The translations under genes were made by a program, and so were the position numbers. Below, piece after piece: positions 43,980 to 52,581 of a stretch of DNA of 64,000 bases. Origin of the DNA: an uncultured Candidatus Peribacteria bacterium (GTDB taxonomy: Bacteria > Patescibacteriota > Gracilibacteria > Peribacterales > Peribacteraceae); the NCBI GenBank assembly GCA_964649695.1, contig CAZYQO010000002.1, forward strand, positions 66,728 through 130,727, read 5' to 3'. Every line of letters begins with the position of its first letter. Within the stretch, counting starts at the first letter, position 1. Below the pieces are notes generated by a model. That model searched no databases. It saw nothing but the letters and a program-made list of their open reading frames with translations, and was not told the DNA's origin.

Positions 43980-45026
43980 ATGACCGTCGAGAGGAAGCAA
44001 AAGCGCGAATCGGCAGTGGAACCGGCAGCTGCAGCCCCCGAGGAGCAGCAGGTGGAAAATGGCCTGCGACCCAGGCGGCTTTCGGAGTATGTGGGGCAGC
44101 AGAAAATCAAAGAACATCTCCTTGTGCATATCGATGCCGCCAAGCACCGCATGGAACCGCTGGGGCACACCTTGCTCCATGGTCCTCCGGGACTGGGCAA
44201 GACCACCCTCGCCCATATCATCGCTTCGGAGATGGGCTGCTCGATCCGCGTGACCAGTGGACCCGCCATAGAGAAGGCAGGGGACTTGGCGTCGCTCCTC
44301 ACCAACCTCGAGAAGGGCGATGTCCTCTTTATTGATGAGATCCACCGCCTGCGACCGCAGATCGAAGAGGTGCTGTATGCCGCGATGGAAGACTGCGTGC
44401 TCGACATCATGATTGGCAAAGGCCCCACCGCACGCTCCGTGCGCCTGACGCTGCAACCCTTCACCCTCGTGGGTGCCACCACCAAGGCCGGCGTGGTCAG
44501 CGCGCCGCTGCGCGACCGCTTTATGCACCAGTTCAAGCTGGCGTTCTACGAGCCCATCGAAATGCGACAAATCGTGGAGCGCAGCGCGCAGATCCTTGGC
44601 ACGCCCATCGCACCCGCCGCCGCAGAGCGCATCGCAAGCAGCAGCCGCGCCACCCCGCGCATTGCCAACCGCCTTGTCCGTTCGGTGCGCGACTTTGCAC
44701 ACGCGGGGAACCTGAGCGCCATTGATGCCGCGCTGGTGGAGCGCACATTGCAGAGCCTGGAGATCGACAGCGACGGCCTCGACCGCACCGACCGCGCGCT
44801 GCTCGCCGTACTCATTGATCAGTTCAACGGCGGCCCCGTGGGCTTGGGCACCCTCGCGGCGATCCTGGCCGAAGAAGAAGACACGATTGAAGATGTGTAC
44901 GAGCCCTACCTTATGCAATCCGGTCTGCTGCAGCGCACGCCCAAAGGCCGCATGGCTACGCCTCGAACCTATGAGAAACTGGGGAAGAAGGCGCCTGAAA
45001 ACAAAAGTCAGGTAGAAATGTTTTAA
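43980..45026 (+). CDS. ruvB: Holliday junction branch migration helicase RuvB
   Basis: RPRRLSEYVGQQKIKEHL, Walker A GPPGLGKTTLAHIIA, Walker B VLFIDEIHRL, sensor GATTKAG..S.PLRDRF. Confidence 0.92.
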   Translation: MTVERKQKRESAVEPAAAAPEEQQVENGLRPRRLSEYVGQQKIKEHLLVHIDAAKHRMEPLGHTLLHGPPGLGKTTLAHIIASEMGCSIRVTSGPAIEKAGDLASLLTNLEKGDVLFIDEIHRLRPQIEEVLYAAMEDCVLDIMIGKGPTARSVRLTLQPFTLVGATTKAGVVSAPLRDRFMHQFKLAFYEPIEMRQIVERSAQILGTPIAPAAAERIASSSRATPRIANRLVRSVRDFAHAGNLSAIDAALVERTLQSLEIDSDGLDRTDRALLAVLIDQFNGGPVGLGTLAAILAEEEDTIEDVYEPYLMQSGLLQRTPKGRMATPRTYEKLGKKAPENKSQVEMF

Positions 45027-45044
45027 ATTTCTATCATTTTTTTT
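45013..45044 (+). terminator. Putative intrinsic terminator overlapping the ruvB stop codon
   Basis: TAGAAAT (45013-45019) pairs with ATTTCTA (45027-45033), followed by tca and T8 (45037-45044). Confidence 0.55.
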
Positions 45045-45658
45045 CTAGCCTTCATATCAGACAGCATTTCTTCGTTTTTGCGTATAAATTCTGAAAACTT
45101 TTTTGTTTTGCTGTTTTTGCGGTTTCTGAATGCTTCGTTTAATTTTTCGGTTAAATGTATGGCAACCTGCAATAAACATTCAGTTGTAGCATTGTTGTAA
45201 TCGACTGCCAGTTTTTTTAAACCAGAATCAGATTCATCTTTCAGAAACAGTTTATGGAACAAGTCATTTCGTCGTGTATGCAGACTATGAAGTGTTGATG
45301 CAGTATTGATTAGACCGATTCGAGCCGCTTCATTATAAATTGATCGGTCACTGATTTGGCCAAGTAGCGGATGGCTGTGATCAGTAAATAATTCGTCAAT
45401 GTAGTCGTTACCTCTTTGATCTATTTTAAGAATAATTCCTTTTCTTAAAATTGCATTAATTGCGTTAAAACTGATCGCTATAGATTCAAAGTAATAGCCC
45501 TTTTTTAAAGCATCATCTTGCTTCTTCATCCATTTTTCTGAAATAAATGACCATTCGGGGTTAGACTCGGGTCTTTTCATAAATGCAGGAAAGGAATTTG
45601 GATTTAGTAAATTTTTGCGCTTGTTCATGCTGTGCATTACATCCAAATTGTGATGCAT
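45023..45658 (-). CDS. HEPN-motif protein (Abi-like candidate RNase) in an AT-rich insertion
   Basis: R-x4-H motif RRNDLFH lies at 45254-45274 in a predicted helical protein. The local sample 45121-45220 is 34% GC (hand count). Start uncertain (ATG at 45658, 45637, 45628 or 45580). The N-terminal part overlaps the 3' end of the glycosyltransferase gene. Confidence 0.5.
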   Translation of the reverse strand: MHHNLDVMHSMNKRKNLLNPNSFPAFMKRPESNPEWSFISEKWMKKQDDALKKGYYFESIAISFNAINAILRKGIILKIDQRGNDYIDELFTDHSHPLLGQISDRSIYNEAARIGLINTASTLHSLHTRRNDLFHKLFLKDESDSGLKKLAVDYNNATTECLLQVAIHLTEKLNEAFRNRKNSKTKKFSEFIRKNEEMLSDMKARKKMIEI

Positions 45659-46649
45659 CGAATCTCACTATTGCGCTCATAAGCGACTCCGCCGTCGGCT
45701 CATCGAAGAACATCCCCGTCTTTCCTTCCTCCACTGTCTCCAGCGCCCCACCGCCGCGATAGGCAATGACCGGCGTGCCACAGGCCATGGCTTCGAGCGG
45801 GACAAGGCCAAAGTCTTCCTCGCCGGGGAACAGCACCGCCTGTGCGCCGGCGTAGAGGTCGATCAGCTCCTGCCCGTCTTTGCGACCGCGGAACTCGGTG
45901 TGGGAGCCTGCAAGCCGTTTGAGGCGGGGCATGTCTGCTCCTTCCCCCACGATGATCAGGCGCTTGCCCAGCCGCTCGCACGCTTCGATGGCCAGGTCGA
46001 TACGCTTGTAGTGCGCGAGGGTGGAGACGACGAGGAAATATGGGGATAGGGCTGGGGATAGGGACGGCTTGGCATGTAAAAACATGTCGTCGATCGGCGG
46101 GTGGATCACCGTGCTCTCGCGGCGCCAGTACAGCTCGATGCGTCGTTGCACTTCTTTGGATGGGGCGATGAGCACATCGGGTCGCTCGGAGCTTTCGCTG
46201 TCCCAGATCCGCAGCTTGTGGAAGAGTTTTGCGAGGTAGGGCTTGTTAAGGAACCCCAGCGGCTGTTTGCCCACGCGCTCCAGCACATCGTGTGTGCGAT
46301 CCCACAGGTAGCGGGCGGGGGAGTGGACATAGCAGATGTGCTTGGGTTTGCCGTTGGTGATGATGCCGTGGACGAAGGCCGAGGAGCTGCTGATCACGAG
46401 ATCGAACTCGGAGAAATCCCAGCTCTCCACCTGCGTGGCGAACCTGCCGAGGTAGTGGTGGTGGTTATAGCCAAGGATGGGTCGGCGGTAGCCACGCACG
46501 CGCGAGGCGGGGAACCAGTCACCGAGTTTCTTCTCGTTGTAGAGCAGCGTGTAGATGGGCGCATCGGGATACTGATCTGCAAGGATCTTGAAGACGCGTT
46601 CGGCGCCGCCTTTCATGGTGAGCAGTTCGTGGACGAGGGCGATCTTCAT
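45561..46649 (-). CDS. Glycosyltransferase family 4 (GT-B, group 1)
   Basis: 362 aa. C-terminal domain LFPGEEDFGLVPLEAMACGTPVIAYRGGGALETV. The last ~30 codons lie in the AT-rich insertion. Confidence 0.8.
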   Translation of the reverse strand: MKIALVHELLTMKGGAERVFKILADQYPDAPIYTLLYNEKKLGDWFPASRVRGYRRPILGYNHHHYLGRFATQVESWDFSEFDLVISSSSAFVHGIITNGKPKHICYVHSPARYLWDRTHDVLERVGKQPLGFLNKPYLAKLFHKLRIWDSESSERPDVLIAPSKEVQRRIELYWRRESTVIHPPIDDMFLHAKPSLSPALSPYFLVVSTLAHYKRIDLAIEACERLGKRLIIVGEGADMPRLKRLAGSHTEFRGRKDGQELIDLYAGAQAVLFPGEEDFGLVPLEAMACGTPVIAYRGGGALETVEEGKTGMFFDEPTAESLMSAIVRFDASQFGCNAQHEQAQKFTKSKFLSCIYEKTRV

Positions 46650-46733
46650 TGCCTCTAGCGTAGAGGAAAAAGAGGAGTCAGAGGAGTCAGAAGAATCCGC
46701 GCAAAAGAAGGAGCCAGGGCATTGCGAACGCGC

Positions 46734-48602
46734 TTATGCAGTCTGTAATTCCTTCGTAATGAACAGCACTCGCAGCGCATTTAGAATCACCGCCACATCA
46801 ATCCCTTCCTGGAAGAAGGCGCCCATGATGGGCGGGATATAGCCCAGTGCCGCAAAGACCATGCACACGGTGCTCAGGCCGATGCCCACGAGGATGCTTT
46901 GCTTGGCGATGGTCATGACCCGGTGGCCGATCAGCAGTGCCTCGCCCACGCGCTCGATGCGGTCGACCAGGATCACGATGTCGCCGGCTTCGCTGGATGC
47001 CGTGGAGCCGTGGCCGCCCATGGCGATGCCCACATCGGCTGCGGTGATGGCCGGTGCATCGTTTACGCCGTCGCCCACCATCACCACGGGGGCGTGGGTT
47101 GCGTGGGTCTCCTGCACGATGCGCACCTTGTCCTCGGGCAGCAGCTCGGCATACACCGCGCTTTCGGGCAGGCCGATGTCCTTGGCCATCTTGAGCCCCA
47201 CGGCCGCCTTGTCGCCGGTCAGCATGGCCACCTTTTGGATGCCCAACGTGGCGATATGGGCAAACAGCTGTTTCACATTGGGGCGCACATGGTCGGCAAA
47301 CACGATCACGCCCAGCACGGAGCGTTCATCGGCGACAAACACCGGGATCTCGCCCGCCTCACGCGCCGTGTCGTGCTCGTGTTGGAGCTTTGCTTCCACG
47401 GCGATGCCCAATCTCTCGAGGTACTTCATGCGGCCGACGGTGTAGCGCTTGCCATCCAGCGTGCCGCGCACGCCGTCGCCAAAGTCCTCCACGAAGTCGG
47501 TGGGGGTGGAGAGGTCGACATTTCTGGTGTGTGCCTCGGATGTGAGCGAGCGGGCAAGCACATGGGTCGACAGCTGGTCGAGGCTTGCGCCGATACGCAG
47601 CACGTCTGTTGCTGATGCGGCCATGGCCTCGATACGGGCGATCACGGGGGTGCCGAGCGTGATGGTGCCGGTCTTATCGAAGAGGAAGCTTTTGGCTTCG
47701 CCCAGCTTTTCCAGCACGCCGCCGTTTTTCACGATGATGCCGCGGGCAGCCGCCACCGAGATGCCCGAGGCAAAGGCGGTGGGTGTGGCGAGGATCAGCG
47801 GGCAGGGCGTGGCCACCACCAACACGGCAAGCAGGCGCACCGGGTCACCGGAGATCCACCACGCGATGGCGGCGATCACGAAGGTGATACTGGTGAACAC
47901 CACGCTGTAGCGGTCGGCCAGGCGCACGAACGGCGCCTTCTTGTCTTCGGCTTCCTGCACCAGGCGGATGATCTTGGCGTAGTTGCTCTCGCTTGCGGCC
48001 TTGGTGGCGCGGATCACGAGCAGGGCGTCGTTGCTTACGCTTCCGCTGAGCACGTTGCTGCCTTTGGCTTTGCGCACAGGCACCGATTCACCGGTCAGGG
48101 CGGACTCATCGACCATGGCCACGCCCTCCAGCACCTCGCCGTCGACCGCGATGGTTTCGCCGGGTTTGGCGATCACGATGTCGCCGGGGACGATGGTGCC
48201 CACCGGCACGTCGATCACGTCGCTGCCGCTGCGTTTGTGGGCGGTGGTTGGTGCGTTCTCGATAAGACTGGTGAGCTCTTTGCGCGCGCGGCGCAGGGCA
48301 TAGGCCTCCAGCGCCTCACCGCCGCTGAGCATGAGCAGCACTACGGTGCCGGCCAGGTATTGGCCAAGGAAAAACGCGGTGATGATGGCGACGATGGCAA
48401 TCAGATCGACCCCGAAGTGGCCGCGGATCATTGCTTCGGCAATCTCCACAATGAGCGGAAGCGACCCCACCACCAGGGTGAGGAGCAAGGCTCCGTTGGT
48501 TGCGGCCGGCATGGCCAGCGCGTTGCATACACCGGCAACCACCAGCCCCGTGACCACAAAGAGGGGAATGACGGCCTTGAGCGACAAGGAGGGCAAACGC
48601 AT
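46734..48602 (-). CDS. P1B-type heavy-metal translocating ATPase without an N-terminal metal-binding domain
   Basis: DKTGTIT phosphorylation site, TGES actuator motif, GDGVNDAP hinge. TM metal motif T-P-C-P at 47799-47810. Confidence 0.85.
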   Translation of the reverse strand: MRLPSLSLKAVIPLFVVTGLVVAGVCNALAMPAATNGALLLTLVVGSLPLIVEIAEAMIRGHFGVDLIAIVAIITAFFLGQYLAGTVVLLMLSGGEALEAYALRRARKELTSLIENAPTTAHKRSGSDVIDVPVGTIVPGDIVIAKPGETIAVDGEVLEGVAMVDESALTGESVPVRKAKGSNVLSGSVSNDALLVIRATKAASESNYAKIIRLVQEAEDKKAPFVRLADRYSVVFTSITFVIAAIAWWISGDPVRLLAVLVVATPCPLILATPTAFASGISVAAARGIIVKNGGVLEKLGEAKSFLFDKTGTITLGTPVIARIEAMAASATDVLRIGASLDQLSTHVLARSLTSEAHTRNVDLSTPTDFVEDFGDGVRGTLDGKRYTVGRMKYLERLGIAVEAKLQHEHDTAREAGEIPVFVADERSVLGVIVFADHVRPNVKQLFAHIATLGIQKVAMLTGDKAAVGLKMAKDIGLPESAVYAELLPEDKVRIVQETHATHAPVVMVGDGVNDAPAITAADVGIAMGGHGSTASSEAGDIVILVDRIERVGEALLIGHRVMTIAKQSILVGIGLSTVCMVFAALGYIPPIMGAFFQEGIDVAVILNALRVLFITKELQTA

Positions 48603-48658
48603 GGATCCAGTCTAGCGTAGTTGGCATCGGGGCGCTGATCCGTTAGGATTCGCCCCTT

Positions 48659-48961
48659 ATGTTCGAATCTGCCAATTTCGACGAGCTGGAGCGCAGTGTG
48701 CGCCGCACCATCAAGCGGTTTGAAAAACTGCCCGATGAGGCCATGGCACAGCACATCAATATGGAGCTGAGCATGCCGTATTGGTTGGTGACCGAAGGAA
48801 ACAGGTTTGACTGCGCCAGCCGTCTGCACGCGCTGTTTGTCGAGGCGGAGCAGGCACTTGTGGAGAACAAGGATGACATGGAGGCGATCGACAAGCTGAT
48901 CGCCATCGCCCGTAGGCGCCGCGAATGGCTGGAATATCTGATGACGGGTGAGTTGAAATAA
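48659..48961 (+). CDS. Hypothetical protein
   Basis: 100-aa helical ORF, preceded by TAGGAT-N9-ATG. Confidence 0.45.
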   Translation: MFESANFDELERSVRRTIKRFEKLPDEAMAQHINMELSMPYWLVTEGNRFDCASRLHALFVEAEQALVENKDDMEAIDKLIAIARRRREWLEYLMTGELK

Positions 48962-49014
48962 CCGCACAAAGGGCATCTTCAAGAGCGCAGTGTTTTCTGC
49001 TATACTGAGCCGAT

Positions 49015-49218
49015 ATGGCAAACACACCCGATCTGTATTGGAAGGCAAAAATCGAGGAGAAGGGAAAGCCCGTGCGCTTTGAGTACATCACCAAAAACGA
49101 AGCCCGCACGCGCGGCCTCATTGGCCAGGTGCTGCTGCATGGCGAGGAATCCGCCTATGTGAAAATTTCGGAGCAGACCTACCAAACCTATCGCGATTGG
49201 AAGAGGGCGAATCGGTAG
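49015..49218 (+). CDS. Hypothetical small protein
   Basis: 67-aa ORF preceded by TGCTATACT-N8-ATG. Confidence 0.4.
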   Translation: MANTPDLYWKAKIEEKGKPVRFEYITKNEARTRGLIGQVLLHGEESAYVKISEQTYQTYRDWKRANR

Positions 49219-49315
49219 GCGATCGAGGTGCATCGTTGAGAATCTATTGTGAAGTTTGCTTTTCATTTTTTGCATGGCAGGGGTAAAGTGCAAGGTTGCC
49301 TTTTCCCCATCACCC

Positions 49316-49642
49316 ATGCCCGCCATTGCCAAGGCCAAGCCGGCTGCAAAGAAGCGCATCGTTGTGCGAGCAACGCCCAAAAAGGTGCCGCTGCTCAAGA
49401 TCAGGATTCTCGGGAGAGTGATCCACTACTACGACCATATCGGGGTGGCGATCGTGGAGCTGGCCGCGCCCATCCGCCTGGGCGACATCATCCGGATCAA
49501 GCACGGCGCCCATGAGCACATGCAGCCGGTCACCTCGCTGCAGATCGACCATCAGCCGGTCAACGCAGCAAAGAAAAAGGACGTGGTGGGCATCCGCACC
49601 ATGGAAAAGGTGCAGGAAGGCGCCCTGGTCATGCCGCTGTAG
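49316..49642 (+). CDS. Small beta-barrel protein, EF-Tu domain-2-like (tentative), with Lys-rich N-terminus
   Basis: ILGRVIHYYDHIGVAIVELAAPIRLGDIIRIK...VVGIRTMEKVQEGALV resembles translation-factor beta-barrel domains. Start at ATG 49316. Confidence 0.4.
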   Translation: MPAIAKAKPAAKKRIVVRATPKKVPLLKIRILGRVIHYYDHIGVAIVELAAPIRLGDIIRIKHGAHEHMQPVTSLQIDHQPVNAAKKKDVVGIRTMEKVQEGALVMPL

Positions 49643-49671
49643 TTTGCAGGAGGCGACGGGGTGACTATCCT

Positions 49672-49989
49672 GTGTGCATGACTGCTCGCACCTCCCGTCT
49701 GTTGCACAAGATCGTTGTGTGGCTCGCCGTGCTCCTCACGCTGCCGTTCTATCTGACGATCACCGGATTGTCGCTCATGGCCTTTGATTCGCCGGATGCC
49801 GGCATGAAGGCGTGGGTGTTTGTGTCGAGCGTGGCGGGAGTCAGCATGTTGGTGCCGCTGCTTTCACTGGTCTATGCATTGCGATCGCTCAAGCATCACA
49901 AAACGCTGCGGGGCATCCTGATTGGGTTTGTGCCGTTCTTCGTGCTCGCGGGGTTTTGGCTGTGGGTGAGCCAGCAGTCGTTCACGTGA
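49672..49989 (+). CDS. Small membrane protein (3 TM)
   Basis: 105-aa ORF with three hydrophobic helices. Confidence 0.45.
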   Translation: MCMTARTSRLLHKIVVWLAVLLTLPFYLTITGLSLMAFDSPDAGMKAWVFVSSVAGVSMLVPLLSLVYALRSLKHHKTLRGILIGFVPFFVLAGFWLWVSQQSFT

Positions 49990-50014
49990 TTCTTGTGCCA
50001 CTTTACAACGAATT

Positions 50015-50102
50015 GTTCCGAAGCGGAGCTTTGCTTCGCCGAGGAACTCCTCTGCAGGGAAAGGGGTACTGGGGAAAACCGTCGTAGGTTTTCCTCAGAA
50101 GA
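50015..50102 (-). repeat. tRNA-trailer element, copy A (immediately 3' of tRNA-Lys)
   Basis: By hand alignment, 73/88 nt are identical to 53404-53491. Hairpin GGGGAAAACC-GTCGTA-GGTTTTCCTC lies at 50071-50096. Confidence 0.7.
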
Positions 50103-50178
50103 TGGTGGGTCGGGAGGGGTTCGAACCCTCGACCAATGCCTTAAAAGGGCACTGCTCTACCAGCTGAGCTACCGACCC
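50103..50178 (-). tRNA. tRNA-Lys (anticodon UUU), CCA encoded
   Basis: GGGTCGG/CCGACCC acceptor, anticodon arm GTGCC-CTTTTAA-GGCAT, T-arm GAGGG-TTCGAAC-CCCTC, terminal ACCA. Confidence 0.9.
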
Positions 50179-50236
50179 AAAGAACGTGCGGGGAGTATAT
50201 CGTGTTTTTTGCGTCCGTCGATGTAGTCTGTGGGTC

Positions 50237-51001
50237 ATGATCGACTCCCACTGCCACTTGGCCGACGCACAATTCGCCGATGATCTGCAGGCGGTGCTCG
50301 GGCGGGCGGCGCTGGAGGGCGTTGCCACGATGGTCACCATCGGTGACAGCATTGAGGAGTCGAAAAAATGCATAGAGCTGGCGGAGAACCATGAACAGAT
50401 TTTTTGTGCGATCGGTGTGCATCCCCACAATGCCAAGGAGTGGACATCGTGGGATCTGCAAACGTTCAAGGCGCTCGCGGCATCGTCGCCCAAGGTGAGG
50501 GCGATCGGGGAGATCGGCTTGGATTACCATTACGATTTCTCCGAGCCGGCCGATCAGCGTACCGCATTTTTGCAGCAGCTGATGTTGGCCAAGGAAGTCG
50601 CATTGCCCGTGGTGGTGCACTGCCGCGAGGCCGTGAACGACGTGTGGGCGATTGTCGATGATGTGAAGCCCGAAAAGCTGGTCATCCACTGCTGCACGGA
50701 AAAGTGGAAGGACGTGGAGCGGTTTGTGGAGCGCGGGTACCTGTTGTCGTTCACGGGCATCGCCACCTATGCCAACGCCCAAGACGTGCGCGACTGCATC
50801 CGTCACTGTCCGCTTTCGCAGATGATGATCGAAACCGACGCCCCCTATCTCGCGCCCGTGCCCCATCGCGGCAAGCGCAACGAGCCGTCGTTCGTGACGG
50901 AGGTCGCCAAGCTGATCGCGCAGGAAAAGGGGGTCAGTCTGCAGGAAGTGGACGTTGCGACGACGCGGAATGCCGTAGAGTTTTTTGGCTTATCACAGTA
51001 A
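50237..51001 (+). CDS. tatD: TatD family metal-dependent hydrolase (DNase)
   Basis: MIDSHCHL, GEIGLDYHY, VVVHCREA, ETDAPYLAP blocks. Confidence 0.88.
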   Translation: MIDSHCHLADAQFADDLQAVLGRAALEGVATMVTIGDSIEESKKCIELAENHEQIFCAIGVHPHNAKEWTSWDLQTFKALAASSPKVRAIGEIGLDYHYDFSEPADQRTAFLQQLMLAKEVALPVVVHCREAVNDVWAIVDDVKPEKLVIHCCTEKWKDVERFVERGYLLSFTGIATYANAQDVRDCIRHCPLSQMMIETDAPYLAPVPHRGKRNEPSFVTEVAKLIAQEKGVSLQEVDVATTRNAVEFFGLSQ

Positions 51002-51014
51002 TCTCCCGCTTGTC

Positions 51015-51089
51015 GTCCCCGTAGGTTAACGGATAGACCACTGGCCTCCGAAGCCGGGAATACAGGTTCAATTCCTGTCGGGGACACCA
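51015..51089 (+). tRNA. tRNA-Arg (anticodon CCG), CCA encoded
   Basis: GTCCCCG/CGGGGAC acceptor, anticodon arm CTGGC-CTCCGAA-GCCGG, T-arm ACAGG-TTCAATT-CCTGT, terminal ACCA. Confidence 0.85.
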
Positions 51090-51201
51090 CTCATTTTCCA
51101 CGGCGTCAGTGGATTTTTTTTGCTGCGTAGACTTGGTTATTTCACAAGATTTTGCTACAATACCAAGAACACAACATTCACAACCTTCACCTCTTCTCCG
51201 T

Positions 51202-52530
51202 ATGATTTCCGCCGATCAGGATTCGTCGCATGTCGAGCATCAGCAGTCCATCAGCTGCCTTGTGACTCCGCATGACGCACCGCACTCCGCAGATCCCCGT
51301 ACCTCCTCCCTTCGTCTCATGGTGTTCTTCGCAACGATGGCCATCCCCGTTCTGCTGCTGGCCAGTTCCACGCAACAGTTTGCGTATCGCCCAGGCGCGC
51401 TGCCCGGCACCCATGGTGCCGCCACCGCCAGCGGCACGACGGCACCTGCGGCCGGTATGACCGGCTCGGTGAATTCCGGCAGCAAGATCGATGCCATGCG
51501 TGAGAAGCGCCGCGCCGCCAACCCGGGTGTGGAACCCTGGCATCCGTCCGCTCCTGAGCATGCCGACAACCACACCGGCGTGTATCTCACGATCTCATCT
51601 GCCCAGAACGAACAGAAGCTGCGCGACACGATCAAGGCGCTCAAGGAGCGCGGCGAGACCTCCATCGTTGTCGATGCAAAAGGCGGTCGCGTGCACTATG
51701 CGTCGAATGCCCCCTATGCCAACGAGCTCGGCCTCGTGAATCCGTATCTCGACATCGACAAGGTGATTCGGATCGCCCACGAAGAAGGCATGTACCTTAT
51801 CGCGCGCACGGTCACGCTCAAGGACGATGGCCTCTACGACAAAGTGCCTGCAGCCCGCGTAAAGAATCCAAAGACGGGCGCCACGCTCGCCCCAGGCTGG
51901 ACGGATCCGGCCAGCCCCGAGACGCAGCGGTACAACTACGAAGTGTTCTGCGAGCTCGCGCAGAAGGGATTTGACGAGATCAACATGGACTACATTCGCT
52001 TCTCCACGGCCGATTTCGGCAATCTTCGCGCCTATACAGGTCAGGAGAAGGCAGACCGTCTTGTGGCGTTCATCAAGGGGGCAAGGGAAAAGATCGCCGA
52101 ATGCAATCCGGCCACGAAGCTCGGCGTTTCCACGTTCGCCATCATCGGTTGGAATTATGACGTGAACGTCGAAACCCTTGGTCAGGATATCAAGCGCATC
52201 GCACCGTACGTCGACATCATCTCGCCGATGGCCTACCCCGCCACGTTCACGAGCGAGGGCTACTACGTCCCCGGCAAGCATCCGCGCAGTCGCATGTACT
52301 GGCTCGTGTACCGCACGATCAAGGGCTATGCCGACTTCCTCGGCGCCGATGCCGTGAAGCTGCGCCCCTGGATCCAGGGCTACTACGTCGATGCCAAGGA
52401 CATGCGCGAACAGATGGACGCCCTCACCGATGCAGGCGCCTGCGGCTTCCAGGTGTGGAACGCCAATAACAACTACGGTCCCGTCTATCAGGCGATGGGC
52501 AACTGGGAGTTGCCGGAGAACTGCAAGTAA
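51202..52530 (+). CDS. Putative secreted TIM-barrel glycoside-hydrolase-like protein (DUF4015/GHL-type)
   Basis: GVYLT.SSA...L...I....E.G..SIVVDAK...G.V.Y, IARTVTLKDD, DEINMDYIRF blocks. N-terminal TM (MVFFATMAIPVLLLA). Start uncertain (GTG 51109 or ATG 51202). Confidence 0.6.
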   Translation: MISADQDSSHVEHQQSISCLVTPHDAPHSADPRTSSLRLMVFFATMAIPVLLLASSTQQFAYRPGALPGTHGAATASGTTAPAAGMTGSVNSGSKIDAMREKRRAANPGVEPWHPSAPEHADNHTGVYLTISSAQNEQKLRDTIKALKERGETSIVVDAKGGRVHYASNAPYANELGLVNPYLDIDKVIRIAHEEGMYLIARTVTLKDDGLYDKVPAARVKNPKTGATLAPGWTDPASPETQRYNYEVFCELAQKGFDEINMDYIRFSTADFGNLRAYTGQEKADRLVAFIKGAREKIAECNPATKLGVSTFAIIGWNYDVNVETLGQDIKRIAPYVDIISPMAYPATFTSEGYYVPGKHPRSRMYWLVYRTIKGYADFLGADAVKLRPWIQGYYVDAKDMREQMDALTDAGACGFQVWNANNNYGPVYQAMGNWELPENCK

Positions 52531-52581
52531 ACACCGTCGACAGGATGCAAAGGCATAGGGTCTCCCCTATGCTTTTTGCGT

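Noticed and set aside
43833-44918. 361-aa minus-strand ORF (likewise 38891-39916 and 5217-6200)
   Set aside because: These are antisense to ruvB, dus and GH57 respectively, all of which have unambiguous conserved blocks. They are high-GC shadow ORFs.
46650-46733. Direct duplication GAGGAGTCA-GAGGAGTCA in the intergenic region between the GT4 gene and the P-type ATPase
   Set aside because: A single 9-nt duplication in a purine-rich spacer. It is too short to call a repeat element or regulatory site.
49993-50226. Similar peptides ELCF[AG]EEL[LF]CRE.GTG.NRRRF in ORFs 49993-50226 (+) and 53346-53585 (-), which might suggest a small conserved protein
   Set aside because: The similarity comes from the tRNA-trailer nucleotide repeat. 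Both ORFs run into or through tRNA genes, and the substitutions preserve RNA pairing rather than codons.
51091-51121. Weak hairpin CCAC-GGCGTCA-GTGG followed by a T9-10 run after tRNA-Arg, as a possible terminator
   Set aside because: The stem is only 4 bp. The T-run may still contribute to termination, but the structure is too weak to annotate with confidence.
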